A DNA stretch of 62,403 nucleotides from a virus. Its lineage: Duplodnaviria > Caudoviricetes. Positions 10,541 through 20,525 of this stretch are shown piece after piece. Location of the stretch: IMG/VR virus record IMGVR_UViG_3300047195_000664, positions 1 to 62,403 of that record. One strand, written 5' to 3'. Made by a program: the position numbers and the translations under genes. Every line of letters begins with the position of its first letter. Within the stretch, counting starts at the first letter, position 1. A model generated the notes under the pieces. The model was not told where the DNA came from and made no database searches. It was given only the letters and a program-made list of their open reading frames with translations.

Positions 10541-11032
10541 TTACCACTTATCCTTTTTCTTCTTAATAGTTAATATTATACTATCCTTTCCTTCTTTTCT
10601 ATCAAACTCTACTCCCTTTTTATGTAAGTATGTTGTACAATCTCGTATATATTTTTCCATGATGTCTCCTACGATATTTTGTCTTCTTGGTATCCATATA
10701 AATTTTACTTTTAATCGCTTAAAATCAACCAATCCTCGAACGTACTCTACCTTCTCTAACATTTTAGAGTCGACTACGTTCCATATTCCTCTGATTTGAT
10801 TTACTACTAACTTACTATCAGAATATATTACAACATTCGAATCGGTTTCCACAGCTTCTAGTGCTTTTATTACTGCCCAATATTCTGCCTCATTACTTGT
10901 TATTCCTTCTCTTGAAAAAATTCGACCTTTGTTACTACCAGCTATTGCACCGCTCTCTATATGGTAACCATAGTGGCATAATCCATTTTTGGCTTCCCCC
11001 GAACCATCAACATATACTTTTATTTCGACCAT
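10541..11032 (-). CDS. rnhA: Ribonuclease HI
   Basis: YVDGS, TSNEAEY, YSDSKLVVNQ, WIPRRQN motifs. Confidence 0.92.
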   Translation of the reverse strand: MVEIKVYVDGSGEAKNGLCHYGYHIESGAIAGSNKGRIFSREGITSNEAEYWAVIKALEAVETDSNVVIYSDSKLVVNQIRGIWNVVDSKMLEKVEYVRGLVDFKRLKVKFIWIPRRQNIVGDIMEKYIRDCTTYLHKKGVEFDRKEGKDSIILTIKKKKDKW

Positions 11033-11235
11033 TTTTTACCACACACTGGACAGTTGATACAATCATAATATGCTGTAAATCCACATTCGCATACGTTTTG
11101 TTTTCCATATACTTTCTTATGTTTGCTCTTAAATTTAGTTGCCTCTTTTAACTTTTCTACATCTTCGTTTGTCAATCTATACACAATATCACCCAATGTA
11201 CGGCGGAGTAAATAAAGCATCTTTGTCGCTAACAA
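11020..11235 (-). CDS. Small Zn-ribbon protein
   Basis: CECG and CPVCG pairs; true start may be downstream. Confidence 0.5.
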   Translation of the reverse strand: MLATKMLYLLRRTLGDIVYRLTNEDVEKLKEATKFKSKHKKVYGKQNVCECGFTAYYDCINCPVCGKKWSK

Positions 11236-11479
11236 GAAAATCCCACCTCACTATTTTTTTTTCTCTCTTATCTCTAATCACGGTTAACAACGCGCCTTTT
11301 TTAATAAAATAAAAAATATCCTCAAGTTTACTGGTGTTATACACAAAAGACATAAAAACATGAGCATCAATTATCATAGGGCTTTTTAATGAATACATAT
11401 TTCCAGCTTTTAATTTTTCAATATCTCCTATTTCATCGTTTAGTACACTATTGATAAAATGCAACATATCTTCTACCAT
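11189..11479 (-). CDS. Hypothetical protein
   Basis: GAGGT RBS, coupled to the primase gene. Confidence 0.6.
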   Translation of the reverse strand: MVEDMLHFINSVLNDEIGDIEKLKAGNMYSLKSPMIIDAHVFMSFVYNTSKLEDIFYFIKKGALLTVIRDKREKKIVRWDFLVSDKDALFTPPYIG

Positions 11480-12447
11480 ATTTTTACCTCTTTTTTATAG
11501 AAACTATACTTTTTGTCCTCTTTACTAATGCAGTATCCCTCTCTCTCCAAAAGTTCCCAATTTGGAAAGAACAAATCATCTCTTGTGTATAGATAATCGA
11601 ATTGTCTTTCTTCAAATACTGAGTGTTTAAATTTCTCGGGTGTCCAATATCTTTTCGCAATCATTATAGATATCGATTTGGGGAAGCCAGCTTCTCTCAT
11701 GGCTAATATTGTAAGATACCTATCACGCCAACCACACCTACAAGAAACCAATAAACTAATTATAAATTGTGGTAACTTATTTACTAAATCGGCACACTCT
11801 TCTGTTGCTTTAACTTCAGGAACGTCTTCTGGTTCTGTATAGTACCTCTCGGGTATATGTCCTGTAATGCGAACATCTAACATTTTGTCTCCGAATAAAC
11901 ATCCATCATAAGTTCTAGGTGACATTGCTTGTTTTCTTAAGTTATCATATGATAAGTCGAAGTCTGGTTCCATAAGCGGAATACAATACCTTTGTCGTTT
12001 AGGATTCCATGTGTTTGGAATACGACTAATGCGTGCTATATCACCTATAACATGTAGGTCAACTTTAATTTTAGTAGTTTTTATAATATTTTCTTGTACC
12101 CACCTTAACTTTTCTTTTTTGTTTCCTGTGAGAGGTGCTATTGGTATATAAACATGAACTCCTCCGCCACTGAAGTTTATATAATGGAACACATTATTTT
12201 GGTTTTCTACTAACCAGTTATGTAATCTTTTTGCATCTTCCCAACATTGTGAACTATCCAAATCAAAATATATTTTATCTACAACACTTTCCGAATATGC
12301 ATGGTGTGTAGGTACAGAATATATTGTAGTGTAACAATCAATTAACCCGTTATATTTATTAATTAAAGTCACAAATGTTTTTCTATCTGGAACAAAAACT
12401 CTCTTTTTTCCAAACTCGCGTGGGAAAGTATCGAATAGTTTAAACAT
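11473..12447 (-). CDS. priS: Archaeo-eukaryotic primase catalytic subunit with C-terminal helical domain (compact PriS-PriL-like fusion)
   Basis: YFDLD, FSGGGVHVY, DIARISRIPN AEP motifs. Confidence 0.85.
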   Translation of the reverse strand: MFKLFDTFPREFGKKRVFVPDRKTFVTLINKYNGLIDCYTTIYSVPTHHAYSESVVDKIYFDLDSSQCWEDAKRLHNWLVENQNNVFHYINFSGGGVHVYIPIAPLTGNKKEKLRWVQENIIKTTKIKVDLHVIGDIARISRIPNTWNPKRQRYCIPLMEPDFDLSYDNLRKQAMSPRTYDGCLFGDKMLDVRITGHIPERYYTEPEDVPEVKATEECADLVNKLPQFIISLLVSCRCGWRDRYLTILAMREAGFPKSISIMIAKRYWTPEKFKHSVFEERQFDYLYTRDDLFFPNWELLEREGYCISKEDKKYSFYKKEVKIW

Positions 12448-12548
12448 AGTTTATCACCTCAGGGTGACATTTTAAACAAACTTCGCCTTTTTTAAGGATA
12501 GCACCACATCCAGCACACTCATAATCATTTTTCCCTACCATCTCACTC

Positions 12549-13298
12549 TTATCGATTGGCATTTGCGCTCGCCTCCAATTTTTGACACACTCCTCTATAG
12601 GGGCACCAATAACATTTAGCTTCTGGATTCTTTTCAAATTCTTCGTCGTCTATCTTTTTTCGAATTACTTCAACCTTTGCTAATGCCTCTTTGATGTGGT
12701 GTTCATTAAGTTTTATTTTAAATACTTTTCGTTCATCTACCCCAATTATTCCAATACTAATAGGGCTATCTCCATAATATTTTTGGTCAATTAAACTAAA
12801 TTTACCAATAAATGCTTCTTTGAACATGTGAGCATATAATGCTAACTCAAAAATGTGTGGTTTAATACTTTTCGCGTTTCCTGTTTTATAATCATATACT
12901 TCATATACTTTGTCTTCTAAATTATAGTCCACTCTGTCAATTATACCTTTTAGTGTTCTAGTTTCTATTGTTACTTCAGTGAGTAAAGGTAGTGTATAAT
13001 TTGGACGGCTATATCTTATAATCTCATAATCAACAAGATTTGTTAAAGGAATCTTATGTTCTTCATATTTCGGTCCCGCGGCTATTTTCATTGTTCTTCT
13101 CATTATATCAGGTGTTATTATTGCCGGAGTTATTTTATTTTTATGTAGGTCATTAAAGAACGTTTCTATGATTTTGTGTACTTCCCATCCTCTTTTCATT
13201 GCTGGAACTGAAGGTCGCGGTAGTTCCATAATATATTCGAACTTAAACTTCCTTGGACAAAACTCATAGCACAATATTTTGGATTTTCCTAATTTCAC
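12549..13298 (-). CDS. Cas4/RecB-like PD-(D/E)XK exonuclease with Fe-S cysteines
   Basis: FCPRKF, GIIDRVD, DYKTG, CYWCPYRGVC. Confidence 0.85.
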   Translation of the reverse strand: MKLGKSKILCYEFCPRKFKFEYIMELPRPSVPAMKRGWEVHKIIETFFNDLHKNKITPAIITPDIMRRTMKIAAGPKYEEHKIPLTNLVDYEIIRYSRPNYTLPLLTEVTIETRTLKGIIDRVDYNLEDKVYEVYDYKTGNAKSIKPHIFELALYAHMFKEAFIGKFSLIDQKYYGDSPISIGIIGVDERKVFKIKLNEHHIKEALAKVEVIRKKIDDEEFEKNPEAKCYWCPYRGVCQKLEASANANR

Positions 13299-15607
13299 TT
13301 AAACCACCTTTGCATTCCTTCTTGGTCTGAAAATTCATCCCATCCCATCGCATCATATATTCTATCTATATTATTTTTAACTGTTCGCTTAAACATCTTA
13401 TTCCAATCAATTATAACTTCAGGCGGATTTCTAATATAACATACTTCTTTTGTTGGCGGTTTGCCTATTACTTCTTTAACATATAAAAACTTTATTTTGT
13501 CGCCGCCTCTAATTTGTTCTCCTAAATATTTATTTGCATATTGTGCACCGCGTATATAGGGATTAGTAACTCTATATAAATTAAAATCTTTTTTAATTCC
13601 TCTTGGTATCGCAACTAAATCTAAGTCTTTTATTTTCATTATTTCTTCTCTTTTCTTTTTGATGTATGTGTCTACTTCTACTTTATTTTTTTTTGCTAGT
13701 ATCATTTCAAAAACAGTTACTTGTATTTCTTTTCCTACAATATTAAAATCGCTTCTTTTCTTTTCGAATCCTTTTATATATAATTCTTTTGCTGGTTTGT
13801 CATCTACCCACACCAAATTTCCTGCATATCTCTTTTTTGCTTTGGTAAAAATTATTTCCGAAAATATTTTTTCAAACGCCATCTTTATAAAATTATTCTT
13901 TGGTGACCCAAATTGTTGAACAAAAGTGTCGAAGCTTTCGTTTAGTTTATTTACTAGTACCTCTTGTATTTTTAAAATTTCTTGTGTATTAGTTAATTTC
14001 GTTTCAACAAATAATGAATCAGTGTCAGCATATATTACTTTATGTCCTTCTTTTCCTATAATTTTTTCCGAGTAATTAATAAGTTCTCTTCCGCACCATG
14101 TTATACTATCTGCTAGTTTTGGATTGAAAAATCTAAAGTTCTCATCATTATTTGCGCCATATAGTGCGTTTATTAAGAACTTTAGTGCGAACTGAACACT
14201 AAAGTATGCATTATATTCATAACTACCATATTCATATTTTTTCATTTCTTTTTGAAACTCTATTCGTGTAGCTATTAAATTTTCTAATATTGCCGAATAT
14301 AAACCTTGTTTACTACTATCAAATGAAACGCCGTTTCCTAATTTAATATCACCCTTTTTACCTTCGCATATTGTTTCGTAGCTAATATTAAACTGCTGTA
14401 TAATTGATGGATATGTGCTTTTTAAGTCCATTACAAAAACACCTGTATGAACACCTGGTGATGTGCTCTTTACAAATCCTCCTCCAACTTTCTTACCTAA
14501 TGCTATTGCTAACCTTTCGCGCTCTTCTCTGTCTGGTTTGGTTGGTAAAACTTCTCCTCTTTTTTGTGCTTCACGCAATAAACACACATCTATCATTTGT
14601 CCCATCCATCTTGTAAATCCCCAAATACTTCCTGTCGCGCGACGAAGAGCATCGTAATAATCAATTATCATTCTTTTTTCATCAATCATTTTTACTAACT
14701 TTACATCATCGGAGCAGTATCTAATAAGTTCTGGAATATCTTCCCACATTTTCATTAAGTCGGGCTGTACTTTTTTTATTCCTAATTCTTTTTCAGCAAT
14801 ATACTCTAAACTATATGAAGGTAACTCTGCTAAATCTAAGCCACGATACCCCTTATATAAATCTAATATAACTCGACCTTTAACAGTTATTTGGCTACTT
14901 TTAAAACCTCTTTTTTGTTCTTGTTTTACTGCAACATAATCAAATGGACTAAGTTCTTTAATGAAAGATAAACGAAGTCTTCTACATCTATTAATAATAT
15001 ATGGCAAATCGTAAACATCACAATTCCAACCTGTCATAATGTCAGGATTGGTTTCTCTAATAAACTTAACAAAAGTTAATAACATCTTTTCTTCATTATT
15101 AAAATAGTAATTAGAACGTTCATCACTTTTTTCTACTTTCTCTTCTAAGTCTTTTCTCCACACGAAAGAAATATGTTTCTTTAGGAAATTATCATAACAC
15201 GATATTATAATGATTGGTTCGGGTGCATTTTCAGAGTCTAAGCATTTATTTGATACTTCTATATCGAAACAACAAACGCGTAATGGTTCTTTAGGAATTG
15301 GAACGCTTACTCTATCAATTAAATATCTTTGTGTATATGGTATATCTGCTTCATAAGTTTTTTCATAGTTCTTTTTTACTTGCGGAACGTCAGCGGGAGT
15401 TTCTACAAAAACTTTGCATTTATTATTATCATAGAAATAAGGCCTAAAGTCAGTAACTTGTTCTACCTTTAAATTTCCTTCTTTATCTCTACTCCTAATT
15501 ACGAGACCTGTTCTACCCATTTGTTCAATATGAATCATTCTTTCACCGATTCTATTTTCTTTTTTAATTTTTGTAGTTTGTTCCACATTAAAAACGACCA
15601 TACACAC
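13295..15607 (-). CDS. polB: Family B DNA polymerase (real start probably MIHIEQ near 15538)
   Basis: FDIE exonuclease motif, DLKSTYPSII, KFLINALYG, YADTDS, KKRY. Confidence 0.97.
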   Translation of the reverse strand: MCMVVFNVEQTTKIKKENRIGERMIHIEQMGRTGLVIRSRDKEGNLKVEQVTDFRPYFYDNNKCKVFVETPADVPQVKKNYEKTYEADIPYTQRYLIDRVSVPIPKEPLRVCCFDIEVSNKCLDSENAPEPIIIISCYDNFLKKHISFVWRKDLEEKVEKSDERSNYYFNNEEKMLLTFVKFIRETNPDIMTGWNCDVYDLPYIINRCRRLRLSFIKELSPFDYVAVKQEQKRGFKSSQITVKGRVILDLYKGYRGLDLAELPSYSLEYIAEKELGIKKVQPDLMKMWEDIPELIRYCSDDVKLVKMIDEKRMIIDYYDALRRATGSIWGFTRWMGQMIDVCLLREAQKRGEVLPTKPDREERERLAIALGKKVGGGFVKSTSPGVHTGVFVMDLKSTYPSIIQQFNISYETICEGKKGDIKLGNGVSFDSSKQGLYSAILENLIATRIEFQKEMKKYEYGSYEYNAYFSVQFALKFLINALYGANNDENFRFFNPKLADSITWCGRELINYSEKIIGKEGHKVIYADTDSLFVETKLTNTQEILKIQEVLVNKLNESFDTFVQQFGSPKNNFIKMAFEKIFSEIIFTKAKKRYAGNLVWVDDKPAKELYIKGFEKKRSDFNIVGKEIQVTVFEMILAKKNKVEVDTYIKKKREEIMKIKDLDLVAIPRGIKKDFNLYRVTNPYIRGAQYANKYLGEQIRGGDKIKFLYVKEVIGKPPTKEVCYIRNPPEVIIDWNKMFKRTVKNNIDRIYDAMGWDEFSDQEGMQRWFK

Positions 15608-15744
15608 ATATCCACAATTTCTTCTTCTATTTCTTTTGGTAGGTCGTGATGAAGATATGCATCTTCCCCATACGATGCTTCTCCTTTCGCTATTCTTTCT
15701 CGCATCTTCCCTACGAACTCATCTAATTTTTTTATGTCTTTCAT
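15535..15744 (-). CDS. All-alpha NTP pyrophosphohydrolase-like protein (MazG-type)
   Basis: R...G...YG...EIEEEIVD acidic helix pattern. Confidence 0.45.
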   Translation of the reverse strand: MKDIKKLDEFVGKMRERIAKGEASYGEDAYLHHDLPKEIEEEIVDMCVWSFLMWNKLQKLKKKIESVKE

Positions 15745-16265
15745 AGTAACAACGACCTCATAAATTCTTCTTTGGGAAACTTGCCCGGCTCTGATACTAA
15801 GAATACACCTCTTACTTCATTTGTTACCATATCTGAAGTTTTCTTTTTTACTCCTCTGCAAGCCATGCACTGATGTTTTCCAATTAATACTACCATCGAA
15901 CCTTTAGGTTTTATTTTTTCTTCGAGCTCCTCTATAATTTGATATGCCATAACTTCTTGTGTATTTGGTCTTGCCGCATATTTATCAACAAGTCTCGCTA
16001 ACTTGCTTGCGCCTGCTCGCCATTCATTTGGTATATAACCCACATGTGCTACACCTTCAAAAGGTAATAAATGATGTGAGCAAAGACTTGTAAATTCTAT
16101 ATTTCTTAATATCACCATTCCTGTTGTCGTTGGATTTTTATTTGGAAATATTGTAAAGTTGAAGTCATGCCTTTTCTTTAGCTCTTCATAAAATCTTTGT
16201 ACGCGCCCCGGGGTATTAGCTAATTCTTCTTCATTAAATAATTCATCTGGTAACTCAATTTTCAT
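15741..16265 (-). CDS. folE: GTP cyclohydrolase I
   Basis: TPGRV, SLCSHHLLPF, SKLARL, HQCMACRGV. Confidence 0.95.
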   Translation of the reverse strand: MKIELPDELFNEEELANTPGRVQRFYEELKKRHDFNFTIFPNKNPTTTGMVILRNIEFTSLCSHHLLPFEGVAHVGYIPNEWRAGASKLARLVDKYAARPNTQEVMAYQIIEELEEKIKPKGSMVVLIGKHQCMACRGVKKKTSDMVTNEVRGVFLVSEPGKFPKEEFMRSLLL

Positions 16266-16983
16266 TCTGCATGACCTCCTTCAAAATTTTAATATTCCTT
16301 AGAGCGAGCTCTTTATTAATAACCCTTTCGAAATAGTTTTTGGGTCTTTTGACGTCCTCGAAATTTTCTTTATCAATTTCAATATTTAACATAGCTAACT
16401 TCCAAGGTATTGTGCTATCTACAGATTGTCCATATCTGGCTAATGCTGGTAAATCTCGCCAATCGTCTAATGCTAAAAAGTGTATTGGTTTTTGTGTGTA
16501 GGGCGACATTAATCTCATAAACTCTACTCTTTTCATTTTTGTCCATCTTGATAACATTCTATCAGGAACACACACAATATCTATTTTCTCCATTATATTT
16601 AGTTCTTTGAAAGCGATTGCCGCATGTGTAAAATTCTTTCCTACAACAACTGCCATTATTTTCATATCTTCAGGAACAACTTCACACATTTTATCTAATA
16701 ACTTATAATAGTCTAATGCGTCATGAGAGTCGTAAAATGTATCAGGTAATATTATATAATTAGCTCTAATCTCTTTAGCTTTATCTATGAGTTCATCTAT
16801 TGTAGGGGTTTTTTGCAACTCAAAGAACCCGTTATCTAATATCTTAGTTGCGTTTCTTAGTTGTTTAATCTTTTTAGTATATTCATTATCACCAATTAAA
16901 TGTGATAAAAATAAGTGTGTATCGCTCATCCATAACTCTCTGTCGTTAATGTGTGCTGTCGGAAGAATGTTTACAAATTTCAT
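16255..16983 (-). CDS. TGT-like TIM-barrel protein, putative DNA 7-deazaguanine transglycosylase (DpdA-like)
   Basis: ILDNGFFE, ILPD, IHFLA, SVDST motifs; lies between queC and folE. Confidence 0.6.
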   Translation of the reverse strand: MKFVNILPTAHINDRELWMSDTHLFLSHLIGDNEYTKKIKQLRNATKILDNGFFELQKTPTIDELIDKAKEIRANYIILPDTFYDSHDALDYYKLLDKMCEVVPEDMKIMAVVVGKNFTHAAIAFKELNIMEKIDIVCVPDRMLSRWTKMKRVEFMRLMSPYTQKPIHFLALDDWRDLPALARYGQSVDSTIPWKLAMLNIEIDKENFEDVKRPKNYFERVINKELALRNIKILKEVMQNEN

Positions 16984-16987
16984 ATCA

Positions 16988-17275
16988 TCACCTCGCTAAT
17001 GTTATGTTTTGATTCCTTCCTCTCCATTCTTCCATTGTGTCTCCTTTTTTTAATATCTCCTTCGGAAAATCTGCTCCTCTTATAACAAGTGCTATTATAA
17101 GTTCTGCAATTACACATGGTTCACCAAGGCAATTGTTAGGATTTTTATACACCGCTTTTAAACATCCTTTGAGTGACATCCAATCGGTTATCTCGCTCTC
17201 CTTAACCTTTATTTCCGCGATACATCTATTAAATGGAATTCCTTCCCATTTATTTAGTGTATTGATTGAGCACAT
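16988..17275 (-). CDS. Hypothetical protein
   Basis: Fills the operon between queC and the dpdA-like gene. Confidence 0.5.
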   Translation of the reverse strand: MCSINTLNKWEGIPFNRCIAEIKVKESEITDWMSLKGCLKAVYKNPNNCLGEPCVIAELIIALVIRGADFPKEILKKGDTMEEWRGRNQNITLAR

Positions 17276-17951
17276 CTACCGCTTCCTCCCATTCTTTACC
17301 TGTTAGAGCAGGGTCTTTTAAATCATTTTTTACAAAAGCTTCTGTTCTTTCTATACATGTTCCGCATTTTAAACAAGGTCTTCCGTTTTGTGGATTATAA
17401 CAACTCCAAGTTAACTCAAGGGGTGCGTTTAAGTTTTTTCCTAGTTGTACAACATCCGCTTTCGTTAAACTTATAAATGGTGCTCTAAGAATAACTGCTC
17501 CTTCGGTACTTTTAAATATAGCTTCTTTCATTGCCGCTACAAACTCTGGGCGGCAATCTGGGTATATAGTTTTGTCATTGGTGTGTGCCGCATAATCTAC
17601 ATATTTGGCACCAATTGTAACTGCCCATCCTGTTGCTAATGACAACATAATCATATTCCTGTTGGGAACGATAGTAGACTTCTGAGATTCGTCCGAATAA
17701 TGTCCTTCAGGTATGGATTCATCTCCTGATAATGAACCTTTTCGTATTAGTTCATTGATAGACTTTATGTTCACAACTTTGTGATTTATCCCTAGTTTTT
17801 TTGCAATCTTTTTTGCTCTCGTAATTTCTATATCGTGACGTTGTCCATAGTTAAATGTTAACGCATTTACTTCATATCCTGTTTTTATTAATTGACAAAC
17901 CATAGTCACGGAGTCAATACCTCCTGACATTATTGCTACAACTTTACCCAT
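17250..17951 (-). CDS. queC: 7-cyano-7-deazaguanine synthase
   Basis: SGGIDS, FNYGQRH, VPNRNMIML, YPDCRPEF, TWSCY, CLKCGTC. Confidence 0.97.
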   Translation of the reverse strand: MGKVVAIMSGGIDSVTMVCQLIKTGYEVNALTFNYGQRHDIEITRAKKIAKKLGINHKVVNIKSINELIRKGSLSGDESIPEGHYSDESQKSTIVPNRNMIMLSLATGWAVTIGAKYVDYAAHTNDKTIYPDCRPEFVAAMKEAIFKSTEGAVILRAPFISLTKADVVQLGKNLNAPLELTWSCYNPQNGRPCLKCGTCIERTEAFVKNDLKDPALTGKEWEEAVDVLNQYTK

Positions 17952-18008
17952 TTGCCCACCTCTTATTTTTTTAAAATTAGGGAAAATTAAGGGATGTTTT
18001 TAATATCA

Positions 18009-18138
18009 CACATATTTCATATGTGTTCATATTGTTGTTTGCGTGAAAGTTATGGAACTCTCGGCTCCTTTGGAAGATTTTTGATTGGATAATCTAATAT
18101 AAAAACCTTCCAAAAACTCCTGCAACTCCTAACTATCA
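18009..18138 (-). ncRNA. Intergenic structured RNA (95-nt rod plus small hairpin) between queD and queC
   Basis: UUUUUGGAAGGUUUUU/AAAAAUCUUCCAAAGG and outer helices with G-U pairs on the minus strand. Confidence 0.55.
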
Positions 18139-18153
18139 TTTCTCCATTACTTT

Positions 18154-18633
18154 TTAAACTTCCGCAAAGGCGTTCTTATTTTCCCACACTTTAATTGATA
18201 CTGTGTATCCTGGTACTATACTTCTCTTTAGTTCTGAACGTATATATTCTGCTAATATTTCTGCTGTAGTGTTTTCTATTGGTAGCATAGCGAATTCTTC
18301 TAGTACACCAATCACTTCTAAATCTCCGCATACTCTTTTTGCAGATACAGCAATACTATTATCATTATTAGCTACCACAATATTTTTATTTTTCATAGGT
18401 ATAAGTATCTTATGGTCTAACTCTTTGAGAATATTACTCAATAAACTCTTAATTTGTGAAAAGTCAACTACTATTCCATTAAAGCTTAACGAGCCTTCTA
18501 TTGTGACGTCTACATCCCAATTATGTCCGTGTAGATGTGAACACTTTTCATGCCAAGGCAAAAAATGCGTTGCACTAAAACTTTCTCCTATTCTAGATAC
18601 TTTAACTTTATCAGTTGTTCCCATATCAAACAC
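18154..18633 (-). CDS. queD: 6-carboxy-5,6,7,8-tetrahydropterin synthase
   Basis: FSATHFL, CSHLHGHNW, VDF, LDHK, TTAE, VWE. Confidence 0.95.
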   Translation of the reverse strand: MFDMGTTDKVKVSRIGESFSATHFLPWHEKCSHLHGHNWDVDVTIEGSLSFNGIVVDFSQIKSLLSNILKELDHKILIPMKNKNIVVANNDNSIAVSAKRVCGDLEVIGVLEEFAMLPIENTTAEILAEYIRSELKRSIVPGYTVSIKVWENKNAFAEV

Positions 18634-18635
18634 CT

Positions 18636-19154
18636 CTATACTAGACTTCTTAGTCTCCTTTTTATCTCAGCTAAATTTTCTTCTATTTCATCAATTAAAT
18701 CAGTCATGCTTTTATCATAATCTATAGATTTTCCTTTGCTCTTAGGAAGCGATTTTCGTTTGTGTATTTTTTCCTTATCTTCTATTATCTGTCGTAATGA
18801 TTTTTTATCCAATAATTTTTCTTTGGTTATTGGTCCATTATTTTCCTCTTCGTTGTTTTCTTCTGTTTCTTTTTTCATATCATCCTCCTCTTTTATTGCT
18901 TTTCCATATCCATATCTTCGGCGTAGTTTGTCTGTAGCAACATATTTTTTATGTGGTACATTTCTTGCTGTACATACACCTAATGATACTTTAATGAGAT
19001 TCGCAACATACATATTACTAAGTGTTTGGTGCACTTTTTCTATATCATCGTCATTAAGATTAAACATAGAGATAATATCGTGTTCACAATAGTAGCGGGG
19101 ACTCTTTGCGAATACTCGCTCTATTTTTGCCCTAAACTCAGTTGTCATTACCAA
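18636..19154 (-). CDS. Putative winged-helix DNA-binding protein with charged tail
   Basis: N-terminal wHTH-like pattern; C-terminal coiled coil. Confidence 0.5.
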   Translation of the reverse strand: MVMTTEFRAKIERVFAKSPRYYCEHDIISMFNLNDDDIEKVHQTLSNMYVANLIKVSLGVCTARNVPHKKYVATDKLRRRYGYGKAIKEEDDMKKETEENNEEENNGPITKEKLLDKKSLRQIIEDKEKIHKRKSLPKSKGKSIDYDKSMTDLIDEIEENLAEIKRRLRSLV

Positions 19155-19615
19155 AACCTCTTTCCTTCAGTAGGTGCATATATTAAATCTATTCCTAGTT
19201 TTTTCGCGTATTTCTCGTCTGCTCCTACAAATTTCAGAACTTGTCTCAAGAATATCTTGTGTGCGAGCAACTTATTTAATAGTGGTGTCATCTGCTTTAG
19301 TTCATTATTTGTCCAATGATAGTATTTTTGTATATCTTCAAATAATTCCGTGTACTCAGATTTACCTTCAGTTGGCTTACGTATGTAATGAAAGTATGGT
19401 ACTTTTTGTGGTGGAATAAGAGCCATGTAAAGAAGCTCAAGCATTTTCTTATCTAACCAAAATATATATCTGTCCATCCTTTCTGCTATTTGTCTAATGT
19501 CTTTCTTAAACGAAAAACTTATGAAGCGGTTAACAAGATACGGAGACCACGAAGAATCAAGTTCGCCTTCCTTTGTGAATATTGTTTTTAGTTGAGCATA
19601 TAGTGTTTGAGTCAT
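19148..19615 (-). CDS. Clamp-loader accessory subunit (T4 gp62-like)
   Basis: WSPYLVNRFIS...IPPQK...YIRK pattern; follows the loader ATPase. Confidence 0.65.
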   Translation of the reverse strand: MTQTLYAQLKTIFTKEGELDSSWSPYLVNRFISFSFKKDIRQIAERMDRYIFWLDKKMLELLYMALIPPQKVPYFHYIRKPTEGKSEYTELFEDIQKYYHWTNNELKQMTPLLNKLLAHKIFLRQVLKFVGADEKYAKKLGIDLIYAPTEGKRFW

Positions 19616-19619
19616 TTAA

Positions 19620-20525
19620 TCACTTTTTTATGAATCTTAATATGAATGCGAACAACTGTATTTCAGGGTCTGCTCCTGTTCTTATTCTATAATCTGCTTC
19701 TGCGAGCTCCCAAAATGATTCGGGATTGTACGAATCGCTATCTTTTAACATATTTTCTAATGTTCTTTTTAATAATTCAGTGGGGTCTAAACTATTTTCA
19801 ATAACAAATCTGCGGGTATCGTGTGGGTTTCCTGTTTTTAATAGGTCGTAAAATTGGTCAGCGAGTTCCGTTCTTGTTTTTACATATTGTTCGTTTATAC
19901 CTATCGATGCTAAACTTTGTAGTTCATTTATCATACTACGCATGTCTGGGTAATATATATCTATTATTTTTTTTAGCGCGGGAACCTCATACACTACGCT
20001 TTCGCTTTCGCAAATAAATTTTAAACGTTCGAGTATTTTTTCTTTAGGTAGCTCTGTAACTCTAAAAACTTTACATCTCGATAATATGGGTTCTATTATT
20101 TTTGTCTCGTCGTTTGCTGTCAATAAAAATTTACAATTAGACGAATATTTTTCCATTAAAAATCTTAGCGCGTCTTGACTTGCGGACAACATTCCATCGA
20201 ATTCATCCATTATCACTAACCTAGGTGTATCCATTTTTAGCTTTTGCGTAATAACGAAATCTTTTACTTTGTCCCTAATTGTCTCTAATTTTCTCTCGTC
20301 AGATGAATTAAGAACCATTATATCTGAGGAAGGACATTTTATTTCATTCTTTATAGCATGCGCGAAAGTTGTCTTACCTGTTCCAGGAGACCTACCAACA
20401 AATAAGAAGTGTGGCATTTCAAGCGGCTTTTTAATAAGTTCACTAAGTTCCTTTTTTATATCTTCTTGCCCTACAATTTCATTAATTGTCTTGGGCCTAT
20501 AGGTTTCGCTCCATACAAGTTTCAT
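19620..20525 (-). CDS. rfcS: Clamp-loader AAA+ subunit (RFC small / gp44-like)
   Basis: WSETYRP, PGTGKTT, LNSSDER, MDEFD, ILSRC. Confidence 0.93.
   Translation of the reverse strand: MKLVWSETYRPKTINEIVGQEDIKKELSELIKKPLEMPHFLFVGRSPGTGKTTFAHAIKNEIKCPSSDIMVLNSSDERKLETIRDKVKDFVITQKLKMDTPRLVIMDEFDGMLSASQDALRFLMEKYSSNCKFLLTANDETKIIEPILSRCKVFRVTELPKEKILERLKFICESESVVYEVPALKKIIDIYYPDMRSMINELQSLASIGINEQYVKTRTELADQFYDLLKTGNPHDTRRFVIENSLDPTELLKRTLENMLKDSDSYNPESFWELAEADYRIRTGADPEIQLFAFILRFIKK

Noticed and set aside
10455-10550. BHB motif around tRNA-Met
   Set aside because: Would need a 2-nt bulge and a mostly G-U helix; not convincing
12549-13298. Cas4-like gene as evidence of a CRISPR-Cas system
   Set aside because: No other cas genes or array; stand-alone Cas4-like nucleases are common in viral replication modules
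17952-18153. preQ1 riboswitch upstream of queC
   Set aside because: Lacks the recognisable short stem-loop plus A-rich pseudoknot tail; kept only as an unassigned structured RNA
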